Source: a virus. Taken from it: DNA of 55,160 bases. Both the position numbers and the translations under genes were made by a program. Location of the stretch: positions 1 to 55,160 of IMG/VR virus record IMGVR_UViG_3300012065_000001; one strand, given 5' to 3'. The notes beneath the pieces were generated by a model. It was not told the origin of the DNA. It saw only the letters and a program-made list of their open reading frames with translations, and made no database searches. Positions 1 through 8,879 of this stretch are shown piece by piece (positions within the stretch are counted from its first letter, which is position 1; each line of letters begins with the position of its first letter).

Positions 1-120
1 ACCTCACCAGGTGACTCTACAGACACCTCACCAGGTGACTCTACAGACACCTCACCAGGTGACTCTACAGACACCTCACCAGGTGACTCTACAGACACCT
101 CACCAGGTGACTCTACAGAC
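1..120. repeat. 5 perfect tandem copies of the 24-bp unit ACCTCACCAGGTGACTCTACAGAC (iteron-like array, continuation of the array at the window end)
   Basis: Units start at 1, 25, 49, 73 and 97. They are in frame with the surrounding ORF, each encoding TSPGDSTD. Confidence 0.95.
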
Positions 121-603
121 ACCCAAGATAAACAAAATATAAAACAAAACTTAAAACAAAAAAGATATTTATTGTCCGAACCACCTTCGGCGGTTCCGGA
201 CGATAAAAAAAGTTTGGGTAAAAAGACGCGCAAAAAACCTATCTACAAACACGATGACCCCTACTACATAGCAGCTGCTTGGTTGGCGGGTAAAATCGAA
301 TCTCGTATACCGGGATATAAAAAACACTCAGAATCGGATTTACAAAATTGGGCCGATTCTGCCCGGCTGATGTTTGAGCGCGACAAGAGAGACAAGGATT
401 TGGCAAATAAGCTCTTGCGATTTTCACAAGAAGATGAATTTTGGGGCCGCAATATTTTATCCATGCCGAGATTTCGAAAACAATTTGACACCCTCCTGGC
501 TCAGTATAGGAAAGCGCCACAAAAAAACAGCCAAAGTAAGGCGTCACCCTTGAATACCGGATATAGGAACCTGGCCGATTTAGTGGAGGAGGGGCAGGCA
601 TGA
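1..603 (+). CDS. Replication initiator / replisome organizer, C-terminal part (5' partial; same gene as 54705..55160 on the circle)
   Basis: Frame 1 is open from nt 1 to the TGA at 601-603; track ORF 172..603 is only the part after an internal TTG. A repeat-encoded linker is followed by a DnaD/O-C-terminal-like segment (EDEFWGRNILSMPRFRKQFDTL). The stop overlaps the helicase start. Confidence 0.75.
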   Translation, partial: TSPGDSTDTSPGDSTDTSPGDSTDTSPGDSTDTSPGDSTDTQDKQNIKQNLKQKRYLLSEPPSAVPDDKKSLGKKTRKKPIYKHDDPYYIAAAWLAGKIESRIPGYKKHSESDLQNWADSARLMFERDKRDKDLANKLLRFSQEDEFWGRNILSMPRFRKQFDTLLAQYRKAPQKNSQSKASPLNTGYRNLADLVEEGQA

Positions 604-1919
604 ACGCAACAAAAGTCCCTCCTCATAGCATTGAGGCCGAACAATCTGTTTTAGCGTCTGTATTGCTAGATAATAAATGCCTCCCTTTGGTCACTAGTAT
701 ATTGAGCGCTAAAGACTTCTATAGCCCTGGGCATATCGAAATTTACGACGCTATGGCAGAACTCCAAAACAACAACATTCCGGTCGACATAGTGATGCTC
801 CGAGAAGAGTTGGTCAGGAAAGGTATGTTTGATCAGATTGGCGGGATGGAATATTTAGCTGTGCTTGCTGCCAGCAATTATACTTCTGCGCATGTAAAGT
901 ATCACGCGCAAGAAGTTAAGAGGCATTCGGAATCTAGGCAGATGATCAAGTCTGTTTTGGACCTGCTTCAAAAACCGGAAGGATTTACAACTGACGATCT
1001 TAAAAAATCCGCACAGGAGGCCGAAAACAACCAATACATAAAATCTTATGCAGAGAAATCAATGCAGAGCCTTGATGATTTTAAGCTTAACCTCCGAAAC
1101 AAAAAGCAGCGAATCTTAACCGGGTTTAAAACATTTGACAGTATTACTGGTGGCTTACGAGTGCCAAGTGTGGCAATGATTGGAGCGTATCCGAGCGTTG
1201 GGAAGACAGCATTTTCACTGAATGTCGCAGCGAATCAAAATGAGCCGGTAGTATTTTTTAGCCTTGAAATGTCAACCGAAATGATTTACGAGCGTTTGGC
1301 CTCTGCAATGCTGAAAATAGACTACAACCTGTTTACAACGCAACAGTTAACAGATAGCCAATATGGAAGCATTGAGGCATTTACAGGCACCCTTAAGCAG
1401 AAACCATTCCATGTGTACGACGATGAATACTATATTGAGCAGCAAGCCGCAATTATAGCGAATCTAAAACCCTGTTTAGCAGTCGTGGATTACATCCAGA
1501 AGGTCAAGACGCATCAGAGGACAGATGCTCGCCGTCATGAGATTGATTATATATCAGGCATGTACAAGCAGATCGCCAAGCAAAATAATTGCGTCATCCT
1601 ATTACTGTCCCAGCTATCCAGAGGGATAGGAGGTCCAGCAAAACCAACTATGTCAAATTTAAAGGAGTCTGGAGCGCTGGAAGCTGATGGAGATTATGTT
1701 GGGATACTACATAGGCCGTATGTGTTACAAAAAGATAAACTAAGCGAAATACGGCCAGAGGATGGGTATATCCTGATCGACAAGAACAAGTTTGGAAATA
1801 CGGGACAAATAGATCTGTATTTTAGCGGCAAGCATCAACAGTTTTACGAGGTCGAAAAAAGGAGTGTGTTTGCTCGAAGCGTTGAACTGGTCGAAGACAG
1901 TGAGATTCCGTTTAAGTGA
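600..1919 (+). CDS. dnaB: Replicative DNA helicase, DnaB family
   Basis: 439 aa. N-terminal PPHSIEAEQSVLASVLLDN signature, Walker A GAYPSVGKT, Walker B-like AVVDYIQ. Confidence 0.95.
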   Translation: MNATKVPPHSIEAEQSVLASVLLDNKCLPLVTSILSAKDFYSPGHIEIYDAMAELQNNNIPVDIVMLREELVRKGMFDQIGGMEYLAVLAASNYTSAHVKYHAQEVKRHSESRQMIKSVLDLLQKPEGFTTDDLKKSAQEAENNQYIKSYAEKSMQSLDDFKLNLRNKKQRILTGFKTFDSITGGLRVPSVAMIGAYPSVGKTAFSLNVAANQNEPVVFFSLEMSTEMIYERLASAMLKIDYNLFTTQQLTDSQYGSIEAFTGTLKQKPFHVYDDEYYIEQQAAIIANLKPCLAVVDYIQKVKTHQRTDARRHEIDYISGMYKQIAKQNNCVILLLSQLSRGIGGPAKPTMSNLKESGALEADGDYVGILHRPYVLQKDKLSEIRPEDGYILIDKNKFGNTGQIDLYFSGKHQQFYEVEKRSVFARSVELVEDSEIPFK

Positions 1920-1928
1920 GGTGATGAC

Positions 1929-2153
1929 ATGGCCGGCAAATACACCACCATCCACGATGACATACTAGCCTTTCACCGAAAACACGCCAAAGCCCAGGAC
2001 GACGCTGCCTGTCTGGCTTGCATCATGGATATGCGGGGAATACTGGCGAGGTATGACGGGTCGGAATTCGTGGCGGTTTTGTTGGCGGCGACGGTGGAGG
2101 AGATCGAACGAGTTAATATCAAGGGAGGTCAATATGTCAAAAATAACATTTGA
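1929..2153 (+). CDS. Hypothetical protein (74 aa)
   Basis: ATG preceded by GAGGTGA; co-oriented in a tight gene array. Confidence 0.6.
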   Translation: MAGKYTTIHDDILAFHRKHAKAQDDAACLACIMDMRGILARYDGSEFVAVLLAATVEEIERVNIKGGQYVKNNI

Positions 2154-2511
2154 GGGTACCAAAGAAGAACTGAATGCATACATGAATGCAATGGACAGGT
2201 CCGGTGTTTGCCCTTTTGGCAGCGAGTATTATTGTTGCGGATATCCGCCTGGTAGTACTTGCGTCGGGTGCATGAAAGACCATATCGTATTCATCCCGGC
2301 GCCACGGTGGAGGGCAGGAAAGGGTGGCGCATATTATTGCGTAACAGGCATAGGAGCCATAGCTTGTACTGCCGATATAAGGTGTGAGACCGATGATATG
2401 CGATATGAGGCTGGCAATTACTACGAAACATACGAGCAGGCCGAAGCCGCTGCCGAGCGGGTGAAAGCAGCTTACGCGGGAGAAAAGGGAGGATGTAATT
2501 GTCAGGAGTAA
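2134..2511 (+). CDS. Hypothetical Cys-rich protein
   Basis: Start moved to ATG 2134 (SD AAGGGAGG). The C-terminal box RWRAGKGGAYY..GNYYETYEQAEAA is shared with 50447..50824. Confidence 0.6.
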   Translation: MSKITFEGTKEELNAYMNAMDRSGVCPFGSEYYCCGYPPGSTCVGCMKDHIVFIPAPRWRAGKGGAYYCVTGIGAIACTADIRCETDDMRYEAGNYYETYEQAEAAAERVKAAYAGEKGGCNCQE

Positions 2512-2513
2512 GG

Positions 2514-3143
2514 ATGTTATACGAGAAAGGATACAAATTTCCGGGTTCGAGATTGACTGTAATTGAGAATATGCCGGTAGACGTTAATGGGAATAGTAAA
2601 GTCCGCTGTTTGTGCGATTGCGGTAACGAATGGATAGGACCGGTTAAGCGGCTTAAAAACGGCGGAACAAGATCTTGCGGGTGCCTGCAACGCGAAGCGG
2701 TGACTTCGCACGGTCAAAGATACACGCCTTTATATAATATTTATACAAAGATGATTGACCGATGCATCAACCCAAAAAATACGAATTATAAATATTACGG
2801 AGAACGCGGGATAAAGGTCTGCGATAGATGGAATCACAATTTCAAAAATTTCTACGAGGATATGCACGAGGGATACCTACCAGGATTGCAGATAGACAGA
2901 ATTGATAATAACAAAGGCTATGAACCGAGCAATTGCCGGTGGGCCACACAAAAAGAAAATGCTCGAAACAAACGAAACAATAATCTTATAGTTATAAACT
3001 GCGAAGTGAAAACATTGCCGGAATGGGCCGAAATAGTTGGCTTGCCATGTAGTACTATCCGCTCCAGGCTTAAGCGTGGTTGGCAGGGCGAGGATTTATT
3101 ATTACCACCAAAAACTACAAACTTATGCCAAGCTAGTTATTAA
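2514..3143 (+). CDS. HNH_3 / homing-endonuclease-like DNA-binding protein
   Basis: Motif IDRIDNNKGYEPSNCRWATQKENARNK, an N-terminal Cys cluster (CLCDCG..CGC), and a C-terminal HTH-like LPEWAEIVGLPCSTIRSRLKRGW. Start at ATG 2514 after AGGAG. Confidence 0.55.
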   Translation: MLYEKGYKFPGSRLTVIENMPVDVNGNSKVRCLCDCGNEWIGPVKRLKNGGTRSCGCLQREAVTSHGQRYTPLYNIYTKMIDRCINPKNTNYKYYGERGIKVCDRWNHNFKNFYEDMHEGYLPGLQIDRIDNNKGYEPSNCRWATQKENARNKRNNNLIVINCEVKTLPEWAEIVGLPCSTIRSRLKRGWQGEDLLLPPKTTNLCQASY

Positions 3144-3251
3144 TAATAGCCTACACCGAACAGGATTAACTAACACCCGGCGGCCTAGCTAACCGCCGGT
3201 AAGTAAGGAATGCGCATTCCTCCGAAAAAAATAATCAAGAGGATGGTTTAG

Positions 3252-3533
3252 ATGAAAGGCTTAGACCTATATGAATTCATCAAGGAACACACCGACGAGG
3301 TACGAAAAATCGATGGTGCGGCTCATACATGGATTCCGGTTTTATGGATACAGGAATTTCTTGAATGTGTTATCAGGGTTGTGGGCTATGGGTACTTTGA
3401 CGATGGCGGCGTTGATATCAACTGGCAAGGCGATGTGATCTGTGTCAATATCGATGATATTTTTGGATACTTCCTGCCCTATGAGACAGCAAACGGATAC
3501 ATCGAGAAACTTTTAACGGAGGCAGATTTATGA
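3252..3533 (+). CDS. Hypothetical protein (93 aa)
   Basis: ORF with SD AAGAGGATGG upstream. Confidence 0.6.
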   Translation: MKGLDLYEFIKEHTDEVRKIDGAAHTWIPVLWIQEFLECVIRVVGYGYFDDGGVDINWQGDVICVNIDDIFGYFLPYETANGYIEKLLTEADL

Positions 3534-3880
3534 ACCGTCTAACCATAAAAACCTCCACCGGCTACGATTGGTCAGATTTCGCCAGAGAGATAGCCGCCAA
3601 AGACCCGGATGTGGTCGGGAGGAAGGTTAGGGAGTATGTGGGGGCTTGCGAGGATGCCGGGGTTACGCCGGTGGAAATATCCGCTTTGAAGGCCAAAAGC
3701 GAAAAACTGCTTGACCTACTGAATCGCTTTTATCAGGCGGCAAGTAAAATTGATTTGGCGTACTGTATGTTAGCAGCCGGCGATCATAGTAGCTTATCAG
3801 GTGAGGAATACGAGAGATTGATGGATGTTTTTGTTGAGGTCGAAGAGGTTATACAGGTGAATTATGAAAAGGTGGTCTGA
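3530..3880 (+). CDS. Hypothetical protein (116 aa)
   Basis: ATGA start/stop overlap with the upstream ORF; contains an AGVTPVEI box also seen as TGLTPEQI in the next ORF. Confidence 0.6.
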   Translation: MNRLTIKTSTGYDWSDFAREIAAKDPDVVGRKVREYVGACEDAGVTPVEISALKAKSEKLLDLLNRFYQAASKIDLAYCMLAAGDHSSLSGEEYERLMDVFVEVEEVIQVNYEKVV

Positions 3881-4449
3881 TGGAACAATTAAGTAAAATC
3901 GGTTTTCATGCAGCGCATAGAAAATATAAAGATATTGAAATGTATCACGAGCTTTGCGCTTATCAAGACACCGGCTTAACCCCGGAGCAAATAACCGTTC
4001 TGCAAGCTGAAAATGAACAGTTGGAAGGCGCGGATTTAGCATTGGAATCACTGGTGGTCGAGTATGAACGGCTGAAAGCCCGCCATGAGCGTCTGAGAGC
4101 CCATGCAGAAAAGGCAAAGGCTGAACGAGACGCGGCAGAAAAAGCCTTTCAAGGAGAGATGGGGAGACATCAAGTGGCTGTGGCCAAACTGGATGCGGCG
4201 ATGAAATTCATTGACGAACTACACAGTTTTCTTAAAAACAATCATCCATTCGCTGACACAAATTTGCATACAAGTACCGTGTATCAGATGGTTCTTGATT
4301 GGCTTTGTACTGGCAATGGACATTCCGACGACTACAACCGCATCAAAGCCAAGGCCGAAACCTGGCCGGACTGGAAAAAGGAAACGTATAACGTCAATTT
4401 TGCAACGTCGAAACACGCTAAAAAATTGGAACCGAGGGATAACCAATGA
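3880..4449 (+). CDS. Hypothetical coiled-coil protein (189 aa)
   Basis: TGATG overlap with the upstream ORF; long heptad-like E/K/A/R-rich centre. Confidence 0.6.
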   Translation: MEQLSKIGFHAAHRKYKDIEMYHELCAYQDTGLTPEQITVLQAENEQLEGADLALESLVVEYERLKARHERLRAHAEKAKAERDAAEKAFQGEMGRHQVAVAKLDAAMKFIDELHSFLKNNHPFADTNLHTSTVYQMVLDWLCTGNGHSDDYNRIKAKAETWPDWKKETYNVNFATSKHAKKLEPRDNQ

Positions 4450-4808
4450 GACGCAAACTAACCAAATCCGAACGCCACAATATCCACCAAAAAACAGCCG
4501 GCCACTGCGCATATTGCGGATGCGAGATAACGCTCCAATCAATGCAGGTTGACCATATCATCGCTCTTGACCGAGGCGGCCGTGACGAGATTGAGAATAT
4601 GATGCCAGCCTGCCGGTCGTGTAATCATTACAAACACACTCTGACATTGGAGGACTTTCGGGCGGCGATCAAGCGCTTCCCGGCGGTGCTGGCTAGGGAT
4701 AGCGTGACATATCGAAATGCGGTTAGGTTTGGGGTGGTGGTGCCGGAACCGCATAGGGTTGCGTTTTATTTTGAGCGGATGGGTGAGAAGGAGGAAAATC
4801 ATGATTAG
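4446..4808 (+). CDS. HNH endonuclease
   Basis: CAYCG..(17)..VDHIIALDRGGRDEIENMMPACRSCNHYKH, a classical HNH zinc-finger nuclease motif. Confidence 0.9.
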   Translation: MRRKLTKSERHNIHQKTAGHCAYCGCEITLQSMQVDHIIALDRGGRDEIENMMPACRSCNHYKHTLTLEDFRAAIKRFPAVLARDSVTYRNAVRFGVVVPEPHRVAFYFERMGEKEENHD

Positions 4809-5172
4809 AACAATATGGGATGCAATTAGGGCAACTGAGGTTGCCATAAAGCAGTTGCCCAATAAAGAATCAAGCAAATATCCCGGGAATTATGAGCACG
4901 ATTTAAGCTATCTTAATGTGGTGCTTTCTGCCCTCCAAGCCCAACTTGACCGGGAGAAGGAACTGGACGGGTGGATAAGCGTGGGGGATAGGTTGCCACC
5001 GCGTTACATTGGCATAATTGCTTGCGTTAGTAATGACACAATGAATGGTATTGATTTTGGCTGTTTAAACTCATCAAATCAATGGGATTTAAAATCTGGA
5101 TTTTATGATTTTGAAAGAGTTACCCACTGGATGCCGGGGCCGAAACCGCCGAAGGAGGAAAATCATGAGTAA
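4801..5172 (+). CDS. DUF551-like phage protein
   Basis: Start at ATG 4801 after AAGGAGGAAAATC; DGWISVGDRLPP ... THWMPGPKPP pattern typical of DUF551. Confidence 0.65.
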   Translation: MIRTIWDAIRATEVAIKQLPNKESSKYPGNYEHDLSYLNVVLSALQAQLDREKELDGWISVGDRLPPRYIGIIACVSNDTMNGIDFGCLNSSNQWDLKSGFYDFERVTHWMPGPKPPKEENHE

Positions 5173-5761
5173 AAACTTAAAGTCTTGTCCGTTTTGCGGC
5201 GGGGAAGCAGAGATAGTCGGAGGTCCAGAAAACTGGACGCCAACATTTTATGACCCTGATTCTGGAGGCGATTCAATTCAAATCAATTGCAAGGAATGCG
5301 GCTGTATATTGGGGTATTTCGATGACTATGATGACGCTTTTACTGTTTGGAATCGCCGATACAGCGAACCCCTCACCCAGCCAGAGCCTTGCGAAGACAA
5401 TTACCCCGGCCTAAAAGTCAAATACCGAGTCTACAAAGCCCTGAATAACGAGCCAGTGGAAAACTGTTTCGTGTTGCGCCCAGACAAGGACAATGCGGCA
5501 AGACCTGCACTGGAAATGTATGCCGAGTGCTGCGATAACGAGATACTAAGGCGCGATATACGATTATGGTTGATGGACTTAATGACCCGGCAACCATCAA
5601 GCCAACCCGCCAAAACAGCCCGAATCATCGACGATACGCCGCACCCTTTCAGTGCGGGGTCAGAAAGGTATGTTTGTTCGGCGTGCGGGGTCCGGGTGAA
5701 GCGCGGGGATGGGAAATGCTCTGGATGCGGGGCTGTGTTTGAGGAGGATAACGATGATTGA
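5165..5761 (+). CDS. Lar-family (restriction alleviation) zinc-ribbon protein with C-terminal extension
   Basis: Start at ATG 5165 after the same AAGGAGGAAAATC; N-terminal CPFCGGEAEI..CKECGC..AFTVWNRR matches the Lar pattern; a second CSACG..CSGCG ribbon at the C-terminus. Confidence 0.55.
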   Translation: MSKNLKSCPFCGGEAEIVGGPENWTPTFYDPDSGGDSIQINCKECGCILGYFDDYDDAFTVWNRRYSEPLTQPEPCEDNYPGLKVKYRVYKALNNEPVENCFVLRPDKDNAARPALEMYAECCDNEILRRDIRLWLMDLMTRQPSSQPAKTARIIDDTPHPFSAGSERYVCSACGVRVKRGDGKCSGCGAVFEEDNDD

Positions 5762-6227
5762 ACCGATGAAAGCCATTACAATATATCAACCATGGGCCTC
5801 CCTACTGGCCTGCGGGGCAAAGAAATACGAAACGCGGTCATGGGCAACGAATTACCGGGGGCCGATTGCGATACATGCGGCGCAGAAGTCGTATAATCTT
5901 GGCGATATAGATTTTGGATTAGTCCGTGGATTTATGTCTGCAGCAGAAAACGCGCTTGGAATATATGAGGCAAACAATGCGCCGCTTGGTGTTGTTGTCG
6001 CAACGGCGGAGCTTGTGGGGTGTTGGAGGATAACGGCAAGCGATGGAAAACGGGCTTGTATGTTGCATTTACCGAATGGCAATCCTTGTGTATCCGGTAA
6101 TGAACTCCTTTTCGGCGACTGGACACCTGGCCGTTACGCCTGGGAATTCGCCAACATGACAATGCTTCCAGAGCCAATACCGGCGCGGGGTCGGCAAAGA
6201 TTATGGAATTGGGAGGGTATTGCATGA
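5754..6227 (+). CDS. ASCH domain protein
   Basis: KAITIYQPWASLLACGAKKYETRSWATNYRGPIAIHAA, a typical ASCH N-terminus; SD GAGGAGG. Confidence 0.7.
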   Translation: MIEPMKAITIYQPWASLLACGAKKYETRSWATNYRGPIAIHAAQKSYNLGDIDFGLVRGFMSAAENALGIYEANNAPLGVVVATAELVGCWRITASDGKRACMLHLPNGNPCVSGNELLFGDWTPGRYAWEFANMTMLPEPIPARGRQRLWNWEGIA

Positions 6228-6532
6228 ATCTATTAGTCTACCGTGACAAAGAGACGCAGGAGATTGTACGCATTCATCAAGCATCTGATGACTTGATGAA
6301 CGAAGGAACAATAGGAACCAGAATCCATGAATACAACAATTCCGGCCATAAGGACACTGTGTACCTGCATGTGGCCGATGACGATAGTTTGGAAGCATTC
6401 TTGTTTAAGCATCGAGACGCCAATATTCGGAACTTTCGCGAGCAATTGGATGATATTAGCTCCAGCATAGACAGTCTATCAAGCGATTTGAGATGGTTGG
6501 ATAAATTGTGTGAGGAGGCCAAAAGTGAATAG
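6224..6532 (+). CDS. Hypothetical protein
   Basis: Start at ATG 6224 after GGGAGGG. Confidence 0.55.
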   Translation: MNLLVYRDKETQEIVRIHQASDDLMNEGTIGTRIHEYNNSGHKDTVYLHVADDDSLEAFLFKHRDANIRNFREQLDDISSSIDSLSSDLRWLDKLCEEAKSE

Positions 6533-7058
6533 AATCAATGAAATCGAAGCCCGGTTACAAGCAGCCACACCCGGACCGTGGGAAAAATCAATGAATAAGT
6601 ATAGCGTATGGTCTAACGGTATAAATGATTTGGTTTGTTCGCAAGTATCCATCCGAGACGCTAATTTCATCGCCCACGCTCCGGATGATTTACGGTGGGC
6701 GTTGGATGAGATTAAAGTCAAGGATGCGGAAATTAAAGAGTTAGAATTGCAGCTTAAAACTTCAAGATATCACGGACTGAAGATATTTGATGAGGGAATG
6801 AGTTTGATTGATGAAGTCGAAGCCAAGGATGCGGAGATCGCAGCCTACGAAGCCATCGGCAAGCCCGGCGAGGTTGTAAATCCGGTACGATGCGAGGATT
6901 GTCTCCACGGCAAACCACACAAGATGGTTGGCAGCGGCGTCAGAGAACTAACGGGGATACAATGTACACTGCTTGATTTATTTCCGATGTGGGAAGGTGA
7001 TTATTGCTCTTATGGGGTGCGAAGGGAAAGCGAGAAAGGGGGCCAGATAAATTGTTAA
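6525..7058 (+). CDS. Ead/Ea22-like hypothetical protein
   Basis: GTG 6525 lies 6 nt after GAGGAGG; N-terminal RLQAATPGPWE box typical of Ea22-like proteins. Confidence 0.5.
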   Translation: MNRINEIEARLQAATPGPWEKSMNKYSVWSNGINDLVCSQVSIRDANFIAHAPDDLRWALDEIKVKDAEIKELELQLKTSRYHGLKIFDEGMSLIDEVEAKDAEIAAYEAIGKPGEVVNPVRCEDCLHGKPHKMVGSGVRELTGIQCTLLDLFPMWEGDYCSYGVRRESEKGGQINC

Positions 7059-7561
7059 ACAAGAAAGCTTTGCAGGAAGAAAATGAAGTATTGAAACTGG
7101 AAATTGAACAATATGAAAAAGCAATCCAGGAATTTCGGGAGGCCGAGATATTCATAAAGGAGCAACGAGATGAAGCTCGTAAAGCTCTAGCCGAGGAAGG
7201 GATAAAATGCAGAGCGCATATATCCGACGTATCACAGGCTAAGCAAGAAATAAGGGAACTCAAAAGAGAACTTGGTGCTCTAACCGATGTCAAGACTATT
7301 ATGGCTGAACTAAAAAAATGCATCTCTGCGCCGAACAAATCCATAGAAGATAAAAATAATTCACTCATCGCCGAAAATGATTGTTTGAAATGCGACCTTC
7401 AGGATTTGCAAGCGGAAAACAACAGATTGACGCAAGAATTTCAACGTTTAGGATATCTGGAAGGCAAGATAGAAGCCTATGAACGGATGTTGTCGCTGAG
7501 TCAATCGAGATGTCCAGAGGTGGAAAATGCCAAATCGGAAAGCGAGGCATCAGATGACTGA
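7052..7561 (+). CDS. Hypothetical coiled-coil protein
   Basis: Track ORF 7004..7561; TTG 7052 after GAAAGGGGG chosen as start (uncertain). E/K/L/Q-rich heptads. Confidence 0.45.
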   Translation: MLNKKALQEENEVLKLEIEQYEKAIQEFREAEIFIKEQRDEARKALAEEGIKCRAHISDVSQAKQEIRELKRELGALTDVKTIMAELKKCISAPNKSIEDKNNSLIAENDCLKCDLQDLQAENNRLTQEFQRLGYLEGKIEAYERMLSLSQSRCPEVENAKSESEASDD

Positions 7562-7718
7562 CATATCACTAAAAAAAAGAACCCAAGTATCCCCCATAAC
7601 CGACCGCGAAAGATGGGACCTGTGGAACCGGATTTTGAATGGTGTCAGGCAGGCTTATGATATGCCGGTGCGACCGGCGGGGGAGAATCCGTATGGAGGG
7701 GGAATAGACCATGCTTAA
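7527..7718 (+). CDS. Hypothetical protein (start 7527 or 7554)
   Basis: Short ORF bridging two genes; start ambiguous. Confidence 0.4.
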   Translation: MPNRKARHQMTDISLKKRTQVSPITDRERWDLWNRILNGVRQAYDMPVRPAGENPYGGGIDHA

Positions 7719-7953
7719 AATCCTACAGTTCACGGCTTCATGGTGCCCGACGTGCCCACAGATGGATATAGTGTTGGCTGGGCTGCAGGGGCTCGAAAAG
7801 ATAGAGCTAGGGACGCCGATCGGTGACAGGCTGGCCAATGAGCATCGGATTGGTAGCTTGCCGACGGTGATAGTTATGCGGGACGGGGAGCCGGTTTGGA
7901 GGAAATCAGGGTTGTTTCCGAGAGGCGAGATTGACGAGATGTTGGAGGGGTAA
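7711..7953 (+). CDS. Thioredoxin-fold protein (80 aa)
   Basis: FTASWCPTCPQM CxxC active-site box; GSLPTVIV cis-Pro loop. Confidence 0.75.
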   Translation: MLKILQFTASWCPTCPQMDIVLAGLQGLEKIELGTPIGDRLANEHRIGSLPTVIVMRDGEPVWRKSGLFPRGEIDEMLEG

Positions 7954-7965
7954 GGAGGTGGGGAA

Positions 7966-8355
7966 TTGCCAAATAAACGAGATTTAAAACTTGACAAATA
8001 CGGAATAAGCAAACACAGATACAGAGAGCTATATAATTTTTGTTTGCAATATAAAGAGTTTATCAGAGAAAAAAATAGTTGTTATAGCCTTGACAGTAAG
8101 AATCTTGACGGGATGCCAAGAGGCGGTGGCGTATCGGATACAACGGCCAATAAGGCAGAACGGGCATATAAATTAAGCAAAAACATTGAATTAATAGAAC
8201 AGACGGCTATTGAGTCTAGCGGGGACTTGTATCAATGGATGTTGAAAGCTGTATCAGAAGATTTAACTTGGTACGATCTACAACCGCCATGTGGGCGAAA
8301 TGAATTTAACCTAACCAGGAGGAAGTTCTTCTTTTTGCTGAGTTTAAAAAAATAG
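7966..8355 (+). CDS. Putative ArpU/RinA-like late-gene transcriptional regulator
   Basis: TTG after AAGGAGGTG; located immediately upstream of the packaging module; DGMPRGGGVSDTT..IELIEQTA pattern resembles ArpU-family proteins. Assignment from memory only. Confidence 0.4.
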   Translation: MPNKRDLKLDKYGISKHRYRELYNFCLQYKEFIREKNSCYSLDSKNLDGMPRGGGVSDTTANKAERAYKLSKNIELIEQTAIESSGDLYQWMLKAVSEDLTWYDLQPPCGRNEFNLTRRKFFFLLSLKK

Positions 8356-8805
8356 GTGCTATATAGGACGTCGTTTTAGTTTATTATGTTACTATGGGTG
8401 AAACCCAAGGAGCCAACCTCCCGGCTCCAACATAGTGGGCTATAGGCCCGAAGACAATGAGGTTTGAGCCTCGTATACCAGCCCGAGGTGAACGCGGATG
8501 TGGAGGGAGCGCCATAATGTGCGCTGTGTAGGGCTGGGTTAATATCGACCTCCTTCTAACAGCCCCGGTATATAGGTGATCAGCATGAAAGAGCCCTAGA
8601 ATGTCTAGGGGATGTCTTTCATGATCGCTTGCCGGGGCGTAAAAAATGATATCCTGAGCAGTAAGCGCCTCACGATTCGAGGGTGGGCTGAGGCTTGGGG
8701 TTAAGATATATTGTTCCCGATAGGTCCGCGATGACGGCGGCCAAAAACCGTATGTGCGCACGTACAATGCTTTTTGGTAAGGGTTTGAGGGAGTATAATT
8801 TTAGG

Positions 8806-8879
8806 TATGGGAGCGTTAGCCAAACGGCAAGGCAAAAGCGACGGCTTAGATTATTGGTTCGAATCCGATACATTCCATG
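8806..8879 (+). ncRNA. tRNA-like four-way module with canonical T-arm but no anticodon loop
   Basis: 74 nt. Closing stem 8806-8812/8873-8879; hairpin GCC-AAAC-GGC (8819-8828); hairpin AAGC-GACG-GCTT (8836-8847); T-arm ATTGG-TTCGAAT-CCGAT (8853-8869). Confidence 0.45.

Noticed and set aside
1-120. The 24-bp tandem repeats at both ends as a possible CRISPR array
   Set aside because: The units are directly adjacent with no spacers, lie in frame inside an ORF, and no cas genes are present. Iterons within the initiator gene explain them better.
3176-3230. Two GC-rich hairpins (CCGGCGG/CCGCCGG and GGAAT-GCGC-ATTCC) after 2514..3143 as a terminator
   Set aside because: The hairpins are real, but no U-tract follows on the + strand (the run is A-rich instead). 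They may be regulatory or a weak terminator and are not reported as a feature.
4211-4877. Alternative-frame and antisense ORFs (4211..4552 +, 4219..4542 -, 4539..4877 -)
   Set aside because: They overlap well-supported genes (3880..4449 and the HNH gene 4446..4808) and lack ribosome-binding sites.
8806-8879. A functional tRNA gene around the GGTTCGAATCC box
   Set aside because: The central arm has a 4-nt loop instead of a 7-nt anticodon loop. The D-like arm has only 3 bp, the acceptor stem has mismatches and offset geometry, and there is no discriminator-CCA context.
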